Of a stretch of DNA of 64,000 bases, positions 1 through 10,624 are shown in pieces; the stretch's first letter is position 1; every line of letters starts with the position of its first letter. A program made the translations under genes and the position numbers. Below the pieces are notes generated by a model, which did not search any database, had not been told where the DNA came from, and saw only the letters and a program-made list of their open reading frames with translations. The stretch is from Verrucomicrobiaceae bacterium (GTDB taxonomy: Bacteria; Verrucomicrobiota; Verrucomicrobiia; Verrucomicrobiales; Akkermansiaceae). The stretch is taken from positions 71,098 through 135,097 of the forward strand of contig JBPOGH010000012.1 of assembly GCA_051252135.1 (NCBI GenBank). The letters are read 5' to 3'.

Positions 1-230
1 AGAATCCCCAGCAAACTTCCCACCGCATAATTCTCCCCCTCCTGCGCCCGAATCTCCAACACCGTCCCACCACATAAGGTCGTCACCCCCATCGTTGCCT
101 TGTTGGTTTCCACCTCGATGATTTCCTGATCTGCGGAAACCGTATCACCCACCGCAATATTGAGCCTAATAACACGGGCCTCCGCGATGGATTCGCCTAA
201 CTGGGGCATAATGATGGGAACCTGGGGCAT
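1..230 (-). CDS. Dihydrolipoamide acyltransferase (E2) of a 2-oxoacid dehydrogenase, N-terminal lipoyl domain; partial, runs off the window edge
   Basis: Manual translation from ATG 230: MPQVPIIMPQLGESIAEA...QEIIEVETNKATMGV, a lipoyl domain with the ETNKA lipoyl-lysine motif; 5 nt downstream of E1 beta. Confidence 0.9.
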   Translation of the reverse strand, partial: MPQVPIIMPQLGESIAEARVIRLNIAVGDTVSADQEIIEVETNKATMGVTTLCGGTVLEIRAQEGENYAVGSLLGI

Positions 231-235
231 ATCTC

Positions 236-1201
236 TTAGAGGTTTAGAAGTTCACGGAGTTTCTCCACGATGGATTCGGGAGTAGGACGATGGGCCGCCC
301 AAAGATCGGGATGGTAGGGAATCGGAGTATCTTTCGCATTCAACCGAAGCGGAGCCGCATCCAGCAAATGAAACCCTTCGGCCACCACTCGCGAAATCAC
401 CTCGGAAGTCACGCCTCCCCATGGAAACCCCTCCCCCAAGGCCAAAACTCGTCCCGTCCGGGCCACCGACGCCATCACCGTATCCATATCAAGCGGTTTC
501 ACCGTTCGAAGATCCACCACCTCAATCTCCCAACCCTCTTTGGCCAACCGGTCCGCTGCCCGCACCGCCTCATGCACCATCGCACTGTAGGTCACCACCG
601 TCGCATGTTTTCCCGGTCGCGTAATCCGCGCACATCCCAACGGAAGCTCCTCCTCCTTAATCTCCTTCGATTTCAGCCACCGATAAAGGAACTTGTGCTC
701 ACAATAGACTGCGGGATCATCGAGAAGAACCGACGCCTTGAGGAGATGATAGGCATCAGAAACTGTCGCCGGAGTCACCACCACCAAACCCGGATAATGC
801 CCGTAGATCGACTCCACCATTTGACTGTGGAATGGCCCCGATCCCGGAGTTCCACCACACGGCATCCGCACCGTAATCGGCACCGGAACACCGGTTCGAT
901 AATAATGCGTCCCCGCGTGATTGACGATCTGGTTGAACGCTACCGAGGAAAAATCCGCAAACTGCATCTCCACAATCGGACGCATTCCGCTGATTGCCGC
1001 ACCAATCGCCATCCCCACCATCGCATCCTCACTGATCGGCGAATCCAACACCCTGCCTTTGAATCTCTCCTGAAAACCTTTGGTCGCTTTAAACGCTCCT
1101 CCAAACTTGCCAATATCCTGACCGTAAAGAAAGACCTCGGGGTGATCCCGCAAGAGCTCCTCTAGGGCACGATGAATGGCGTCAATATAAGTAAGACTCA
1201 C
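236..1201 (-). CDS. 2-oxoacid dehydrogenase E1 beta subunit
   Basis: GQDIG..GGAF, DSPISE, EMQFADF, GPFHSQ and DLRTVKPLD motifs. Confidence 0.95.
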   Translation of the reverse strand: MSLTYIDAIHRALEELLRDHPEVFLYGQDIGKFGGAFKATKGFQERFKGRVLDSPISEDAMVGMAIGAAISGMRPIVEMQFADFSSVAFNQIVNHAGTHYYRTGVPVPITVRMPCGGTPGSGPFHSQMVESIYGHYPGLVVVTPATVSDAYHLLKASVLLDDPAVYCEHKFLYRWLKSKEIKEEELPLGCARITRPGKHATVVTYSAMVHEAVRAADRLAKEGWEIEVVDLRTVKPLDMDTVMASVARTGRVLALGEGFPWGGVTSEVISRVVAEGFHLLDAAPLRLNAKDTPIPYHPDLWAAHRPTPESIVEKLRELLNL

Positions 1202-1202
1202 C

Positions 1203-2222
1203 CTATTGCATCCCTTCTACCGATACCGCCCGCCAATCCTCACGATAAGGATCGGGACCCGGTTCCCGTTGCGCGATCGCTACCGCCTCTTGCACCGTTT
1301 CCACCGCTTCCTGCTTCCACGAATCAATCTCTTCCGCAGTTGCCAGACCGTCGCCGATCACCTGCTCGATCGCCACATCCAGGCAGTCACGGCCAATCAA
1401 AGAATCCCGAAGCTCATCCGGAACATACGAAGCATCATCATGCTCGCCATGCCCGCATAACCTGAGCAATCGCGCCACCACCAACTGCGGACCGTATCCC
1501 TCACGGGCCGATGTCACCGCCCGCTGAACTCCGGCCAGCGTAGCCTTCAAATCCGTTCCATCCACCTCGGTTCCTCCCACACCATAGCCCGCCGCACGCT
1601 CCAAAAGACTTTCACACGCAAACTGCCGGTCCCGGGGCGTCGAATACGCAAACTGATTGTCCGCCACCACCACCACCAACGGCAACTTCTCCACCGCCGC
1701 CAGATTCAATCCCTCATGAAACGAACCGGTCGAAGTTGCTCCATCGCCCAAACAAGCCGCACCCACCACGCCATCCAACTCTCCCTTCATCCGCTTCGCC
1801 ATCAACATCCCCGCAACCAAGGACACCGAGGTCCCCAAATGACTGATCATCGCAGGCATCCCTTCCAAAGGACGACCCCGGTGAATATTACCGTCCCGCC
1901 CACGCATCGGCCCCTCCACCGAACCCAAATAAGTCCGCGTGGCATCCAAAATATCCTCCTCAAACGCCATCCGCCCCGCCTGATCACGAATCAACGGTGC
2001 AAAGACATCCCTCCCCCTCTTCAATGACGCTCCCACCGAGGCACTCAATGCCTCTTGGCCGGTTCCAAGATAAACACCCCCGACAATTTTCCCCGCCCGA
2101 TACAAGCTCGATAACTTCGCCTCCAGCGTCCGAGCCGAAATCATGGCTCTCAAAACACGACACACCAACTCACCATCCAAAATCTCTCCCGGCGGGGAGA
2201 TCGGAAGCAGATTTTGAGGCAT
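1203..2222 (-). CDS. Thiamine pyrophosphate-dependent 2-oxoacid dehydrogenase E1 alpha subunit (start may be 2222 or 2285)
   Basis: GQEA, TPP-binding GDGATSTG...NQFAYST and RLCGHGEHDD motifs. Confidence 0.93.
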   Translation of the reverse strand: MPQNLLPISPPGEILDGELVCRVLRAMISARTLEAKLSSLYRAGKIVGGVYLGTGQEALSASVGASLKRGRDVFAPLIRDQAGRMAFEEDILDATRTYLGSVEGPMRGRDGNIHRGRPLEGMPAMISHLGTSVSLVAGMLMAKRMKGELDGVVGAACLGDGATSTGSFHEGLNLAAVEKLPLVVVVADNQFAYSTPRDRQFACESLLERAAGYGVGGTEVDGTDLKATLAGVQRAVTSAREGYGPQLVVARLLRLCGHGEHDDASYVPDELRDSLIGRDCLDVAIEQVIGDGLATAEEIDSWKQEAVETVQEAVAIAQREPGPDPYREDWRAVSVEGMQ

Positions 2223-2281
2223 CGGTCGCACGGTCGAGAATAGGGGCTTAGGGTGGGTTAGAGCAATCGCAATTGCTCTAT

Positions 2282-3997
2282 TCAAATCTCCTGTTCAATT
2301 CCTTTGAGTTCCAAAAAGAGATCATTCCAACGCTCAAGGCGGGGCTTGAGGGAAAGTTTATGCTCCGCAATGTGTCGTCGGACACTCTCAAAAAGTAATC
2401 CATACTCCAAATAAAACTCCCTTACCCCGTCCTTGTAATCATTGCTCAGCGCATCCGCAAAAGGCTGACGGCAATTGGCCACCCGCTCCGAGAAATTCCG
2501 ACAGAGCTCTTTCTTCGATCGCTCCGCATAAACCCCCGCGATTGCCACCGTCAACAGCGCCAACCCCAGAGCAACAAAAGGCCAGGGATGAAAGCCCAGT
2601 CCGCCTAAAATCCCGGCTGTCATCACCAGAGACAACGCTCCCGCCAAATACCGGCGCAGCACACTTCGTCGCGCCTCCATCTGCAAATCCAGATTCCCCC
2701 GTAACTTCAGGTTTGCCACGGCCTGCTTTGAAGCCCTCCCCAATCGCCTGACAAAACGCTCACGTGTTCCTGACATCGACTCGGTTTCCTTTTCGAAATC
2801 CGGGATCGGAACATCCAGCCGCTCCTTGATTCGGGGCACCACGGTCTTCCAGTGGGCCCGACAATTGTCCACCAACTCACGACCGTCAAAATCAGCCCGA
2901 TCTTCCACTGCCGACTTGACCGCCTCGGTCAGAGCCAACTCAATTTCGGATGGCAGCCTCTCCATTTTGAAAAGCGATGAAAAGCTCTTCATGATCGTGA
3001 CATTTTTAGAAAGCAGATCGACCGACTCCTTGGCTTCATTCATGAAGACCTCCGTCAGCCCGGAAAACTTCTCGGTAAACGCCGCCGCCTGATTCTCACG
3101 ACGTGCATCCACCTCGGACTCCAACTCCCTCAGAAATGATTGATCGCGATCTAGACTCAGCGTCTTCTCCTCGATCTTTTCCTCAATTCGTCGCAACGCC
3201 ACTTGCGTGGAATCCCGAACATCCCGCAGAACTCCCCGACGTTCGGGACTCTCCGCCACACGCTTCGAAATAAATGCCTCCAATGCCGAATATCCGCTCT
3301 CTCTCAACTGGCGGTCACTGAAGGGCTGTGAATTCTTGGCCTCCACCGCCAGCTTACCGGACACCGGAAAAACCTCCGGACTTGCTCCAATCTTTTTCTC
3401 GGCCAGCGACCTCACATGCTCGATGATCAAATCAACGTCCTTCTTCTCCCGTAGATCCACCTGCTGCAACACAAAGGCCACGTTATCCAAATGATCTTTC
3501 CCCAGCTTGAGAATGAAATCCCAGGTCGCCGCTCCCCACGGATTGCTGATGGGGAAAACAAAAAGAATAAGATCGGCCACCGGCAGAAAACGCTCGGTAA
3601 TGGCCTGATGTCCCTTGACCACCGAGTTCGTCCCCGGCGTATCCACAATATTGAAATCCTGCAGAAATTCAATCGGCCGATACCGCTCCTGAAGCGTCTC
3701 GGTCACATCAATATCCTTCTCGACCTTCCCCCAGCGATACCAATGCACCTTTTCGGTCTCCGGCAACACGTTCGTCTTGCAAAGATCCTCTCCAAACAAA
3801 CCGTTTAACAGGGTCGACTTCCCGGCATTCACCTCTCCGCTCACCACAAAAAGAAAGGGACTCCTTAACCCCTTGAGATACTCCCCTTCATCCGCCAAAG
3901 CGGAAACATCGGCATCACATTCCTCACCCAGTGTACGAACGCCTACCACCACATCGGTGAGGCGCTGTCGGGTCGCGAAGTAACGTTCGCCAAACAT
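2282..3997 (-). CDS. Dynamin-like GTPase with C-terminal transmembrane hairpin
   Basis: G1 GEVNAGKS, G3 DTPG, long helical/coiled region, two hydrophobic segments near the C-terminus. Confidence 0.85.
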   Translation of the reverse strand: MFGERYFATRQRLTDVVVGVRTLGEECDADVSALADEGEYLKGLRSPFLFVVSGEVNAGKSTLLNGLFGEDLCKTNVLPETEKVHWYRWGKVEKDIDVTETLQERYRPIEFLQDFNIVDTPGTNSVVKGHQAITERFLPVADLILFVFPISNPWGAATWDFILKLGKDHLDNVAFVLQQVDLREKKDVDLIIEHVRSLAEKKIGASPEVFPVSGKLAVEAKNSQPFSDRQLRESGYSALEAFISKRVAESPERRGVLRDVRDSTQVALRRIEEKIEEKTLSLDRDQSFLRELESEVDARRENQAAAFTEKFSGLTEVFMNEAKESVDLLSKNVTIMKSFSSLFKMERLPSEIELALTEAVKSAVEDRADFDGRELVDNCRAHWKTVVPRIKERLDVPIPDFEKETESMSGTRERFVRRLGRASKQAVANLKLRGNLDLQMEARRSVLRRYLAGALSLVMTAGILGGLGFHPWPFVALGLALLTVAIAGVYAERSKKELCRNFSERVANCRQPFADALSNDYKDGVREFYLEYGLLFESVRRHIAEHKLSLKPRLERWNDLFLELKGIEQEI

Positions 3998-4035
3998 CAG
4001 GGGTGAAATCTTTCGTTTGGGACCAGCGAAATCCG

Positions 4036-4860
4036 CTAGGCCGTCTGGGCAAGAAGCTGGGACACAGTCACAAATTTGTAACCGCGGCTCAACAACCCGC
4101 TAAAGGTGGCCGGCATTGCGCTGACCGTGGGAGCATGGAGATCATGCGCCAAAATAATGGCACCATTTCCAGTTCCCGAGAGAATCCGCGAAGTCACCAC
4201 CGAAGGTCCGGGGCGCTGCCAATCGCGAGGGTCCACAGACCAGAGAATCGTTGGATAGCCAAACTCCGAGGAAATCATCTGACGCTGGCTCTGGTTGAGC
4301 GCTCCATATGGAGGGCGCATCGTCCGGGGCTTCACCCCCGTTGCCCGCGCGATCGCATCTTGGGTCCGCTGCATCTCTTTCCGCACCTCACTGGCACTCA
4401 GGGATGTCAGCTTCCGGTGAGTATAGGTGTGATTCCCAATCTCGTGGCCCTCCGCCACAATCCGCCGGGCGATGTGGGGATAACGGTCCACATTTCCGCC
4501 GATCACATAGAAAGTCGCCTTGATATTGCGTTGCCGAAGCATGTCCAAAAGTCGGGGCGTATTCTGTGGATGCGGCCCGTCGTCGAAGGTCATCGCCACA
4601 TAGGGCGCGGCAGATGAACCTCGGGAATAAGTTACTTGGGAACCCGAGAAATTACTCGGGAGGTTAATATCAGGATTCCTTAATCCTTGGCTGGCATAAG
4701 CCGGAGAACGATACTGGGTATTCGCCTCCATTTTAAGTGACTCAGGAGTAGGGACTTTCGGAGTTCCAGCTGCAGAAACGGGCGCATTGTCGTCAGACGA
4801 GCAGGCCGAAAATCCGACCATGGCACCAGGGGTTAGTTTCAGTAAAGAGCGTCGCTTCAT
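4036..4860 (-). CDS. Polysaccharide deacetylase (CE4/NodB), probable Tat lipoprotein
   Basis: TFDDGP, H(T)YTH, RPPYG, DPRDW and LAHD motifs; start MKRRSLLK...FSAC at 4860 avoids overlap with the upstream gene. Confidence 0.9.
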   Translation of the reverse strand: MKRRSLLKLTPGAMVGFSACSSDDNAPVSAAGTPKVPTPESLKMEANTQYRSPAYASQGLRNPDINLPSNFSGSQVTYSRGSSAAPYVAMTFDDGPHPQNTPRLLDMLRQRNIKATFYVIGGNVDRYPHIARRIVAEGHEIGNHTYTHRKLTSLSASEVRKEMQRTQDAIARATGVKPRTMRPPYGALNQSQRQMISSEFGYPTILWSVDPRDWQRPGPSVVTSRILSGTGNGAIILAHDLHAPTVSAMPATFSGLLSRGYKFVTVSQLLAQTA

Positions 4861-4898
4861 AAAGGTCTGATGAAGGATGCCTGCGTTTCCAGCAAATG

Positions 4899-5768
4899 TC
4901 ACGGTCGTAATCTGCGCCCCTCGAGAATCGGGAAAAGTGACTTTTTCACCTTTTCTGGCCAATGCTCCTCAGGAGTGAAGATCGCCGAATCAAGAGCCCG
5001 GTGCTCCGGCCAGTCCGGCTCATCCGGAATCATCGGAATGGCCCGCTTCATGATCCGCGCACTCATCTCCGCATTCGCAGCCAAATGCTCCACCACCGAG
5101 GCACCCGTGACCGACTCGTCCTCTTCCCGCCAGCAATCATAATCAGTCACCATCCCCAGCGTCGCCAGAGCAATCTCTGCCTCCCTTGCCAATTTCGCCT
5201 CCGGCAAATTGGTCATCCCGATAATGTCATACCCAAAATGCCGGTAAAAATGAGACTCCGCCTTCGTCGAAAACGCCGGACCATCCATCCCCACATAGGT
5301 CCCGCCATCGTGAACATCTCCCCCCTCAGCCTCCCCGGCCTCCTTGAGAATCGCCCGCAGACCCGCACTGACCGGCTCTGCAAATCCCACATGCGCCACC
5401 AATCCCCTCCCGAAAAAGGTATGATCTTCACGCTGGCTCATCCGGTCAAAATACTGGTCCGGTAACACCACCGATCTCGGCGCATACTCCTCCTTGAGAC
5501 TGCCCACCGCCGTCGCACAGATGACCCAACGCACCCCCAACGACCTCAGTGCCCATAAATTGGCCCGATGATTCACCTCCGTCGGTAAAATGGTGTGACC
5601 CTCACCGTGGCGTGAAAGAAACCACACCTGACGCCCCGCATACTCACCCCCGATCAACTCGGCAGAGGGCTCCCCAAAAGGCGTCACCACCTTCCGCCGC
5701 TCCACATTCTCCATTCCGTCGAAGCCGCTCACGCCACTTCCTCCGATAATTCCAATCGCTGCACTCAT
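4899..5768 (-). CDS. mtnP: S-methyl-5'-thioadenosine phosphorylase
   Basis: IGIIGGSG, RHGEGH, GPAFSTKAES, GMTNLPEAKLAREAE and TDYDCW motifs. Confidence 0.93.
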   Translation of the reverse strand: MSAAIGIIGGSGVSGFDGMENVERRKVVTPFGEPSAELIGGEYAGRQVWFLSRHGEGHTILPTEVNHRANLWALRSLGVRWVICATAVGSLKEEYAPRSVVLPDQYFDRMSQREDHTFFGRGLVAHVGFAEPVSAGLRAILKEAGEAEGGDVHDGGTYVGMDGPAFSTKAESHFYRHFGYDIIGMTNLPEAKLAREAEIALATLGMVTDYDCWREEDESVTGASVVEHLAANAEMSARIMKRAIPMIPDEPDWPEHRALDSAIFTPEEHWPEKVKKSLFPILEGRRLRP

Positions 5769-6718
5769 GATTCTTTTCCCGGGGTTTTGCGGGCGCTCAA
5801 CTCCACCACCGCTATCAAAGCGATCCCCACCGCCACCGCTCCCAGCTCCATCCAGACACTCCCCGAGGAAAAGTCCGGCAGCCTCCAGTTCTCATACCCG
5901 ATCGTCTTCAGCTTCGGCTCCCCATTCTTAATAAATTCCTGCGTCACCGCCGTCTTCCAGGGCCAAATAATCACCAATGACCCCGCCACAAAACCCGTAA
6001 TCGCACCCACCGCCTTGTCGTGATGCTCGCGAAACAACCAACTCAGAAATCGCGACAAGCCCAACAGACCAATCACCGCCCCGATCCCCACTGGAATCAA
6101 GATCGGCAGCGCCGCCCCCAGATTCCCCGAAAACAGATCACTCAACGCATTCAACATGATCAGCTCGTAATTCCCCATCAGCAACAACACAAACGACCCG
6201 CTCAAACCGGGGATGATCATGCTGCACAGCGCCGCCACCCCGCACACCCCCAAATAGACCGGGTTCTCATTCTCATTCGCCGGACTCATAAACGCCATCG
6301 ACACCGCCACACCCAATCCCAGAACGAACACCAGCACCACTCCCGGCGTCCACTTCCGGATCAACTTGCCCACAGAGGGAATCGACGCCGCGATCAACCC
6401 AAAAAACAACGAGAGGATCAAAACCGGATGATGCTCAAATCCATACTTCAACGCCCGCGCCAGCGTCGCAAACGCCACAATCACCCCCAACCCCAGTGCC
6501 ATCAAAAAACGACCGTCAATCTTCTTCCAAAGCGCGCCGATCTCAAAACGCATCCCCAGCTTCACCGCCTCCAAATCAAAGGATTTAATCGCCTCAATCA
6601 ACCGCGCATAAATCCCCGTAATAAACGCGATCGTTCCGCCGGACACTCCCGGCACCACATTCGCCGCACCCATCGCAAAGCCCTTCAAAAAGGTCGCTAC
6701 ATCTTCTTTTGTCAGCAC
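5765..6718 (-). CDS. DUF368 family membrane protein
   Basis: GFAMGAANVVPGVSGGTIA and a second repeat MIIPGLSGS; multiple TM helices. Confidence 0.9.
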   Translation of the reverse strand: MLTKEDVATFLKGFAMGAANVVPGVSGGTIAFITGIYARLIEAIKSFDLEAVKLGMRFEIGALWKKIDGRFLMALGLGVIVAFATLARALKYGFEHHPVLILSLFFGLIAASIPSVGKLIRKWTPGVVLVFVLGLGVAVSMAFMSPANENENPVYLGVCGVAALCSMIIPGLSGSFVLLLMGNYELIMLNALSDLFSGNLGAALPILIPVGIGAVIGLLGLSRFLSWLFREHHDKAVGAITGFVAGSLVIIWPWKTAVTQEFIKNGEPKLKTIGYENWRLPDFSSGSVWMELGAVAVGIALIAVVELSARKTPGKES

Positions 6719-6767
6719 GGCGGCATCGTCTCACGATCCCCCCGCCTGACAATTCTTTTATAACACC

Positions 6768-7943
6768 TCACATCCTCCGCAACACGCTCCCCCCAAGCCA
6801 GCCAAAAAACCGACGCCACCAGGGACGCGAAAGCTCCCAATTCTCTCCCACCTTCTCACTATCCTCCAAATCAGCGTCATACTGATCACGCAACTCACCC
6901 ACCACCCGCGGATCATCCACCACCACCGCCAACTCCCAGTTCATCGCAATCGAAAGATAGTCAAAGTTCGCACTCCCCACCACCGCATACCGGTCATCCG
7001 CCACCACCGTCTTCGCATGCAGCAATTTTTTCGTGTACTCCCAAATATCGACGCCCGACTCCATCAGGGCCGGATAAAGCCCCTCCCGCACCCAATCCGC
7101 AATCGCCACATCGGAGTTCCGCGGCACCAAAAGCGCCACCTTCACCCCTCTTGCCGATAGCGCCCTCAGCCGGTTCAACATACTCCGTGGAGGCACAAAA
7201 TAAGGCATCGTCAAAGACACCTGCTCTTGCACCCGCGAGAACATCTGCGTGTAGAGCGTCCGGATCGCCTTCCGCTTCGCAAACCCGCTTCCCCCCACCA
7301 CAAAACAATCACTCTCCCAAGGCCCCTCCTCATCCATCGCATACCGGGGCACCACACCCGCCGGACGCCCATGCACCTTCGCCCAGGTCTCCCCAAAAAA
7401 ATGATCACACGCGGCCGCCCCGGGACCCTCCATTGACAAATGCGTATCCCGCCACCCTTCGCCACCCGACGCCTCATCTGACCATTCACGACCCAGGTTC
7501 ACCCCGCCGGTAAAGGCGATTCTCCCATCCACAATCAAGTTCTTCCGGTGGTTGCGCCCCAAGAACCCACTCCGCTTTCGCCACGGAGCCACCGGCCGAA
7601 AAATCTCAACCTTCACTCCCGCCGTCTTCATCGACGCAAAAATCGCCTCATCCGCCTCCCCCGACCCGATCGCGTCATACACCACCTTCACCTCCACACC
7701 CCGCTTCGCCGCATCTCCCAGTGCCTTCGCAATCGGCCAACCCACCTCGTCGGATTGAAACATATACATTTCCAGATGGACATAATTCTCAGCTCCTGCA
7801 ATCGCCTCACGCATCGCCTCAAAGAGCCGATCCCCGTCAAAAAACAACTCCACCCGGTTTCCCGTCGTCTCATAAGCAGACCGCGCCTCACTCAGCTTGC
7901 CCAGCCATTCCCTCATCGTCTTCCCCTTCTCCGAGTTACTCAT
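6768..7943 (-). CDS. Cardiolipin synthase-like phospholipase D (ClsB type)
   Basis: Two HKD motifs: NHRKNLIVDG and LHAKTVVADD...GSANFD. Confidence 0.9.
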   Translation of the reverse strand: MSNSEKGKTMREWLGKLSEARSAYETTGNRVELFFDGDRLFEAMREAIAGAENYVHLEMYMFQSDEVGWPIAKALGDAAKRGVEVKVVYDAIGSGEADEAIFASMKTAGVKVEIFRPVAPWRKRSGFLGRNHRKNLIVDGRIAFTGGVNLGREWSDEASGGEGWRDTHLSMEGPGAAACDHFFGETWAKVHGRPAGVVPRYAMDEEGPWESDCFVVGGSGFAKRKAIRTLYTQMFSRVQEQVSLTMPYFVPPRSMLNRLRALSARGVKVALLVPRNSDVAIADWVREGLYPALMESGVDIWEYTKKLLHAKTVVADDRYAVVGSANFDYLSIAMNWELAVVVDDPRVVGELRDQYDADLEDSEKVGENWELSRPWWRRFFGWLGGSVLRRM

Positions 7944-8020
7944 TGCTACCAACCATGACACCTTTTCCCGAAAATTTTAGAATAAAAACATCCTTCCCGG
8001 ACGTTTCACTACTGACCTTC

Positions 8021-8770
8021 ATGATAAAGCCGATCATTTTTACCGTCTTCTCGCTCTCGCTTCTCCTCGCAGAAGCCCGCCCATGGCGTAATCAGACCGG
8101 CACCCAAAGCTTCGAGGCCGACCACATCTCCAACGACGGCAAGGTCGTCACCCTCCGGAAAAACGGACGCATCGTCACCTTCGCCATCGAGAAACTTCAT
8201 CCGGACGATCAGGCCTGGATCCTCGAAAACCACCCCGCCGCCAAACCTTCCGCCACCGACGCCCCCGCCCCTCCAAAAGGCGCCGCTTTCGCCAACCTCG
8301 AATTCGGCGACAGCCGACCCGAAGTCCTCGAGAAGCTGAAAAACAGCCCCGCAGTCGATGGCGAAGCCGCCGAGTCCATGCTCACCCGCACCGGCCTCAA
8401 CGGCATCTACCGCACCAAACAAACCATCGGCGGACTCCACTGCCACCTCTACTTCGATTGGACCTCCTCCGGACTTCTCCGGGAAGTCACCCTCCGCTCC
8501 AAGACCCTCGAAGGCTCCTCTTACGGAAGCAGCCTCAAATCCAATTGGCGGGAACTCAGCTCCCTCCTCACCAAACTTCACGGAAAAGCCGTTCAGGACG
8601 GCGACTACCCCTCCACTGACGACCTCCAGGATGGCCTCATTCTCTGCTCCCACCTCTGGCACACCGACGAAGGACACTCCGTTCTTCTCGGCACCGGACA
8701 GGAAGGTCAGAAATACTCCGTCGTCGTCCGCATCACCAGCGAGCACATCCAGCCCGTGGTCACCCGGTAA
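8021..8770 (+). CDS. Secreted SHD1-like domain protein
   Basis: Signal peptide MIKPIIF...AEA, then RPWRNQTG.SFEA...KLHPDDQAWI, an SHD1-like pattern. Confidence 0.7.
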   Translation: MIKPIIFTVFSLSLLLAEARPWRNQTGTQSFEADHISNDGKVVTLRKNGRIVTFAIEKLHPDDQAWILENHPAAKPSATDAPAPPKGAAFANLEFGDSRPEVLEKLKNSPAVDGEAAESMLTRTGLNGIYRTKQTIGGLHCHLYFDWTSSGLLREVTLRSKTLEGSSYGSSLKSNWRELSSLLTKLHGKAVQDGDYPSTDDLQDGLILCSHLWHTDEGHSVLLGTGQEGQKYSVVVRITSEHIQPVVTR

Positions 8771-8779
8771 GTGACGTAG

Positions 8780-9652
8780 TTAAATCTCGTCGCCCTCGCT
8801 GCGCACCAGCGCACGAAACGCCTCGATCAGCCTAAGAGTCACCTCTCCCGGCTTACCGTCCCCGATCTCGCGCTCGTCGAGCTTCACCATCGGAATCACT
8901 TCCGCCGCCGTTCCCGTCAGGAAGGACTCGTCCGCCGTATAAAGATCATACCGCGTCAGGGAAGCCTCACGAATCGTGATCCCCAGCTTCTCACACAGCT
9001 CAAAAATCACGTGCCGCGTGATCCCGTCCAGACTTCCATCTGAAATCGGAGGCGTCAGCACCTCTCCCTTCTTAAGCAAAAACACATTGTCACCCGTGCA
9101 CTCGGCCACGTAGCCCTGCTCGTTGAGCATCAGACCCTCTTTCGCTCCCGCCTTGAGCGCCTCGATCTTCGCCATGATGTTGTTGAGGTAATTGAGCGAT
9201 TTCACCTGCGGGCTCAAGCTCGCCGGAGTCGGACGCCGCGTCCCGCAGGTCACCACTTCCAGCCCCTTCGTGTAAAATTCCTCAGGATAAAGGCTGATCC
9301 CCGAAGCAATGATGAACATCGACGGCGACGGACAAAGATAAGGATTCAACCCCAGATCACCCACCCCGCGTGTCACCACCAACCGGACATATCCCTCCCT
9401 CAAGCCATTCGCCCGGATCGTATCAATCGTATACTGCATCACCTCATCCACGGTCCAGGGCATCTTCAACAAGATTGCCTTCGCCGACAGGAACAAGCGC
9501 TCAATGTGCTCGCGCAGCCGAAAAACCCGACCTTCGTAGAAACGAATCCCCTCAAAAATCCCGTCCCCATAAAGCAAGCCGTGATCAAAGACCGAGACCT
9601 TGGCCTGTGCTTCTTCCACGATTTCTCCGTCCAACCAAATTTTACGACTCAT
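8780..9652 (-). CDS. ilvE: Branched-chain amino acid aminotransferase
   Basis: DHGLLYGDGIFEG, PLP-lysine KSLNY, ECTGDN, LDGITR and GTAAEV motifs; start MSRKIWLDG at 9652. Confidence 0.95.
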   Translation of the reverse strand: MSRKIWLDGEIVEEAQAKVSVFDHGLLYGDGIFEGIRFYEGRVFRLREHIERLFLSAKAILLKMPWTVDEVMQYTIDTIRANGLREGYVRLVVTRGVGDLGLNPYLCPSPSMFIIASGISLYPEEFYTKGLEVVTCGTRRPTPASLSPQVKSLNYLNNIMAKIEALKAGAKEGLMLNEQGYVAECTGDNVFLLKKGEVLTPPISDGSLDGITRHVIFELCEKLGITIREASLTRYDLYTADESFLTGTAAEVIPMVKLDEREIGDGKPGEVTLRLIEAFRALVRSEGDEI

Positions 9653-9823
9653 AACTTTAAAAACAGGTTCTCCCTGCGCGCGCGCATCCTGCCTTCTGCC
9701 CCAAACCTTGCAATTCCTTTTTCGTTCCAATCCAAAGGCCAACAACACTCCAAATGTCAATTCTCCGAGTCCATTCTTGAAATAACAATACGGGGCGAGA
9801 GAGTAGCATGAATTCAATCCACC

Positions 9824-10603
9824 ATGAGACTCCAGGACCAAATCATCCTCATCACCGGCAGCACCACCGGCATCGGAGCCGCCATGGCCCGCCTCTTCGT
9901 TTCCGAGGGAGCCAAGGTCATCCTCCACGGCCGCGACCTCGATCGCGCAAACGCCCTCCGCGAAGAATTCGGCCACGATAACACCGCCTTCGTCCGGGGA
10001 GACCTCCAATCCCCCGAAGCCCCCGCCCAACTCGCCACCGATGCCCTCGCCTGCTTCGGCCGCATCGACTGCCTCGTCAACAACGCCGCCTTCACCACCC
10101 GCGGCCACCTCCAGGACACCGACGTCGATTTCTTCGATCGCATCATCGCCGTCAATCTTCGCGCCCCCCTCCAGCTCATCCGCGCCCTCATGCCCGCCCT
10201 CGAGCAAAGCGAAGGCTGTGTCGTTAACATCGGCAGCGTCCTCGCCCACTGCGGCCAGGCCAACCTCCTCGCCTACTCCATCAGCAAGGGCGGCCTCATG
10301 ACCATGACCCGGAATCTCGCCGATGCCTTCGGCTCAAAAAAAGTCCGCTTCAATCAACTCAATGTCGGCTGGACCCTCACCGAAAACGAATACCAGGTGA
10401 AGCTCGACGACGGCCTCCCCACCAACTGGCCCGAAACCCTCCCCGCCTATGCCGCCCCCTCCGGACGCATCATCGCCCCCGAGGAAATCGCCGAAGCCGC
10501 CGTCTACTGGGCTTCCCGCTCCAGCCGACCCATCACCGGCTCCGTCCTCGAGCTCGAGCAATACCCCCTCATCGGCCGCTACACCAATCACGAGGAATCC
10601 TAG
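9824..10603 (+). CDS. SDR family oxidoreductase
   Basis: TGSTTGIG, NNAA and YSISK catalytic motifs. Confidence 0.92.
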   Translation: MRLQDQIILITGSTTGIGAAMARLFVSEGAKVILHGRDLDRANALREEFGHDNTAFVRGDLQSPEAPAQLATDALACFGRIDCLVNNAAFTTRGHLQDTDVDFFDRIIAVNLRAPLQLIRALMPALEQSEGCVVNIGSVLAHCGQANLLAYSISKGGLMTMTRNLADAFGSKKVRFNQLNVGWTLTENEYQVKLDDGLPTNWPETLPAYAAPSGRIIAPEEIAEAAVYWASRSSRPITGSVLELEQYPLIGRYTNHEES

Positions 10604-10624
10604 CCCCCGGCACGATTTCCAACC

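Noticed and set aside
9653..9823. Possible attenuator leader upstream of ilvE
   Set aside because: No properly placed short Ile/Leu/Val-rich uORF with its own stop, and no terminator, was recognised.
9653..10249. 198-aa N-terminal extension of the ilvE ORF (8780..10249)
   Set aside because: It is the antisense shadow of the SDR gene plus intergenic DNA; aminotransferase similarity begins at Met 9652.
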